Below, one piece after another: positions 61,922 through 64,000 of a DNA stretch of 64,000 nucleotides. Source of the stretch: an uncultured Armatimonadia bacterium. GTDB lineage: Bacteria; Armatimonadota; Zipacnadia; CAVVLO01. The stretch's first letter is position 1, and each line of letters begins with the position of its first letter. The notes beneath the pieces were generated by a model. The model was not told the DNA's origin. It worked only from the letters and a program-made list of their open reading frames with translations, and ran no database searches. The position numbers were made by a program, and so were the translations under genes. The stretch is from NCBI GenBank assembly GCA_963749155.1, contig CAVVLO010000001.1, positions 64,001 through 128,000 on the forward strand. The letters run 5' to 3'.

Positions 61922-62718
61922 ATCCTGACGACGAACAACCTGGCAGTACGCAAACGGAATCCGAAGCCTCGGCTGCCCCGAACTGTCTGGGCGACCGAGA
62001 CCGCAAGCATCTGGGTCGAAGCTTCGATGACGCCTTTAATGGGGTCAGCGCACTTTACCGCACCCAGCCTCATGTCCGCATCTACCTGGTTATTGGCCTC
62101 GTGGCGTTGCTTCTCTCTGCAATGCTGCATTTTGGCCCGCTGGAACTGGTATTACTGTCCTCTGCCATCCTGATACTGTTTATCGCAGAATCTCTCAACA
62201 CAGCCATCGAGGCCACCGTAGACCTGGCTATCCAGGAAGAACACCCCCTGGCTAAAATTGCCAAAGATTGTGGCGCGGCGGCGGTGTTGTTTGCGGTTAG
62301 TTACGCGCTGCTGGTCGGAGTGGTATTGTTCGCCAACAAGCCGGTCTGGAAGGTGCTTTCTCGTCAGGCTTCGGCCCATTTCTTCGACGAACTCACCCGC
62401 ACTGGCGTAATGGAGTTGCTGGCACTGGGCAGCGCGGTGCTGTTCATTATCATCCTCGTCGGCAAGGGCGAGGCGTGCAACGCCAATCTGTTAAAGGGAG
62501 GGGCAGTCAGCGGGCACGCGGCGCTGGCTTTCTTCTTTGCAACGGCCGTTGCGCTTGTAGCCCAGCAAGTGCTTGTGACGCTGCTTGCCTATCTGCTGGC
62601 CCTGCTTACCGCGCAAAGCCGGGTAGATGCGCGCATCCATTCGGTGCGCGAGGCGATTTTGGGCGCGCTTGCGGGCACAACTGTATGTTTTGTCGTCTTT
62701 ATGCTCTGGCCCCATTAG
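61918..62718 (+). CDS. dgkA: diacylglycerol/undecaprenol kinase fused to PAP2-like domain
   Basis: ESLNTAIEATVD, AKIAKD. SGHAA and QSRV...IH PAP2 motifs. Confidence 0.88.
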   Translation: MNPDDEQPGSTQTESEASAAPNCLGDRDRKHLGRSFDDAFNGVSALYRTQPHVRIYLVIGLVALLLSAMLHFGPLELVLLSSAILILFIAESLNTAIEATVDLAIQEEHPLAKIAKDCGAAAVLFAVSYALLVGVVLFANKPVWKVLSRQASAHFFDELTRTGVMELLALGSAVLFIIILVGKGEACNANLLKGGAVSGHAALAFFFATAVALVAQQVLVTLLAYLLALLTAQSRVDARIHSVREAILGALAGTTVCFVVFMLWPH

Positions 62719-62749
62719 TCTTTAGCAAGAGGAGTCGCAAGTTTCTGTC

Positions 62750-64000
62750 ATGGATGAATTGACTGACGTTCCCTTACCTTTCGCCGCTCTCGCGATCGAC
62801 GGAGTTCTACTTGCTTTTGGACTGCTGATGATCGCCTTCTTTTCTCTCTCCGAGGCAGCCCTGGTGGGCGCATCCAAAGGCGAAGTGGCTGCTCTTGCCG
62901 ACCGAGGCCACAAACGCGGCAAGCTGCTGGAGGCCTTGATAGAGAATCCCGAAAGGGTCGTTACCGGGCTTATCCTCGGGCTCAACCTGGGTATGCTGCT
63001 GATGGCCAACGTGCTGGCTCATGTGGGCGAGGTGCTCAATGAAGCCGGGATACTGGCTTACGGGACCGCCAGAACCGAGCTTTATGTGTCTCTGGTAGCG
63101 GCTGGTATCATTGTGCTGTTTGGCGAGATAATCCCTAAATCCTACGCGGCCGCCCGGCCCTTGCCAGTCGCCCTCGCGACCAGCCACTATATCCGGCGAA
63201 TGAATCTGGTGCTTTCTCCCATCGTGGCGGCTTTCGAGTTTATTGCCTATCCTCTCGTGCACTTGCTCGGGGGACGGCGCACCGCTGTCGAAGAGCTGTC
63301 GAGTGACGAAATCCGCGATATGGTGTCGCTGGGCGAAGAAGCGGGCGCCATCGAAGCCGACGAGCGCGAGATGATCTACGGTATCCTGGAGTTCGCCGAT
63401 ACAACGGTGCACGAGATAATGATCCCGCGCATCGACACGATTGCGATTGAAGCTAGCCAGCCGCTATCCGAGCTGCTTCGACTGGTGGAAGAATCAGGCC
63501 ACACTCGTCTTCCTGTGTATGCCGGTAGCGTTGATGACCTGCTTGGAATCGTCCATTACCGCGATGCCGCTGAACAGCTCGAAGCTACAAGCCAGGACGC
63601 CCAGGTGCGCGGGATAGTCCGAAAGGCGCCAATTGTGCCCGAGACCAAGAAGCTGGCCGAGTTGCTGCGCGAACTCAAAGCTGCCCGTAGCCATCTGGCA
63701 CTGGTCGTGAACGAGCATGGAGGCTTCGTGGGCATCGTAACCATCGAAGATATCCTCGAGGAGATAGTTGGCGAGATTGCCGATGAGCATGACTCTGAAG
63801 CCGAAAGCATACGCGCCGAACTTGATGGCACCCTTGAGGTTCGCGGCAATATGGATCTCGAGGACTTTGCCAAATTTGTGGGGATCGAACTGCCCGAGGG
63901 CGATTATGAGACCCTGGCAGGTTTCATCATAGAGCAGCTTGGGCATATCCCCCAACCAGGCGAAGGGCTTGTAGTTGGCAAGCTGGAGTTGACTATCAAG
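62750..64000 (+). CDS. hemolysin/CNNM (DUF21-CBS-CorC) family protein, 3' partial
   Basis: Read from sequence (absent from the ORF track): FFSLSEAAL, FGEIIPK, IMIPR, GHTRLPVY, GIVTIEDILEEIVGEI. Confidence 0.92.
   Translation, partial: MDELTDVPLPFAALAIDGVLLAFGLLMIAFFSLSEAALVGASKGEVAALADRGHKRGKLLEALIENPERVVTGLILGLNLGMLLMANVLAHVGEVLNEAGILAYGTARTELYVSLVAAGIIVLFGEIIPKSYAAARPLPVALATSHYIRRMNLVLSPIVAAFEFIAYPLVHLLGGRRTAVEELSSDEIRDMVSLGEEAGAIEADEREMIYGILEFADTTVHEIMIPRIDTIAIEASQPLSELLRLVEESGHTRLPVYAGSVDDLLGIVHYRDAAEQLEATSQDAQVRGIVRKAPIVPETKKLAELLRELKAARSHLALVVNEHGGFVGIVTIEDILEEIVGEIADEHDSEAESIRAELDGTLEVRGNMDLEDFAKFVGIELPEGDYETLAGFIIEQLGHIPQPGEGLVVGKLELTIK

Overview
GC-rich bacterial chromosomal window. 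The DUF1559/H-X9-DG prepilin-like gene, the RND-TolC pump and the Firmicutes-like hinT-phoH-HD-ybeY-dgkA-hemolysin synteny suggest an Armatimonadota-like diderm (inference). The window holds carbohydrate-active and oxidoreductase genes, a phoA-phoB-phoR locus, a CsoR-family-regulated RND efflux operon with two clear operators, and a REP-associated tyrosine transposase with its REPs. It also holds a DUF4956-CotH-VTC module divergent from a metallophosphoesterase, three large secreted CARDB-type proteins, an orphan DNA methyltransferase and a housekeeping operon. Two of the CARDB proteins are tandem paralogs; the third lies on a 4-kb segment flanked by direct repeats. Seven genes or segments are broken by single-base indels, most likely long-read errors. 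No rRNA, tRNA or CRISPR array was recognised. Most notable are the paralog pair with charge-complementary C-terminal helices, the direct-repeat-flanked cassette that duplicates a neighbour's 5' end, and 11-bp-periodic Pho-box-like repeats in front of the DUF1559 gene and in the VTC/CotH divergent promoter.
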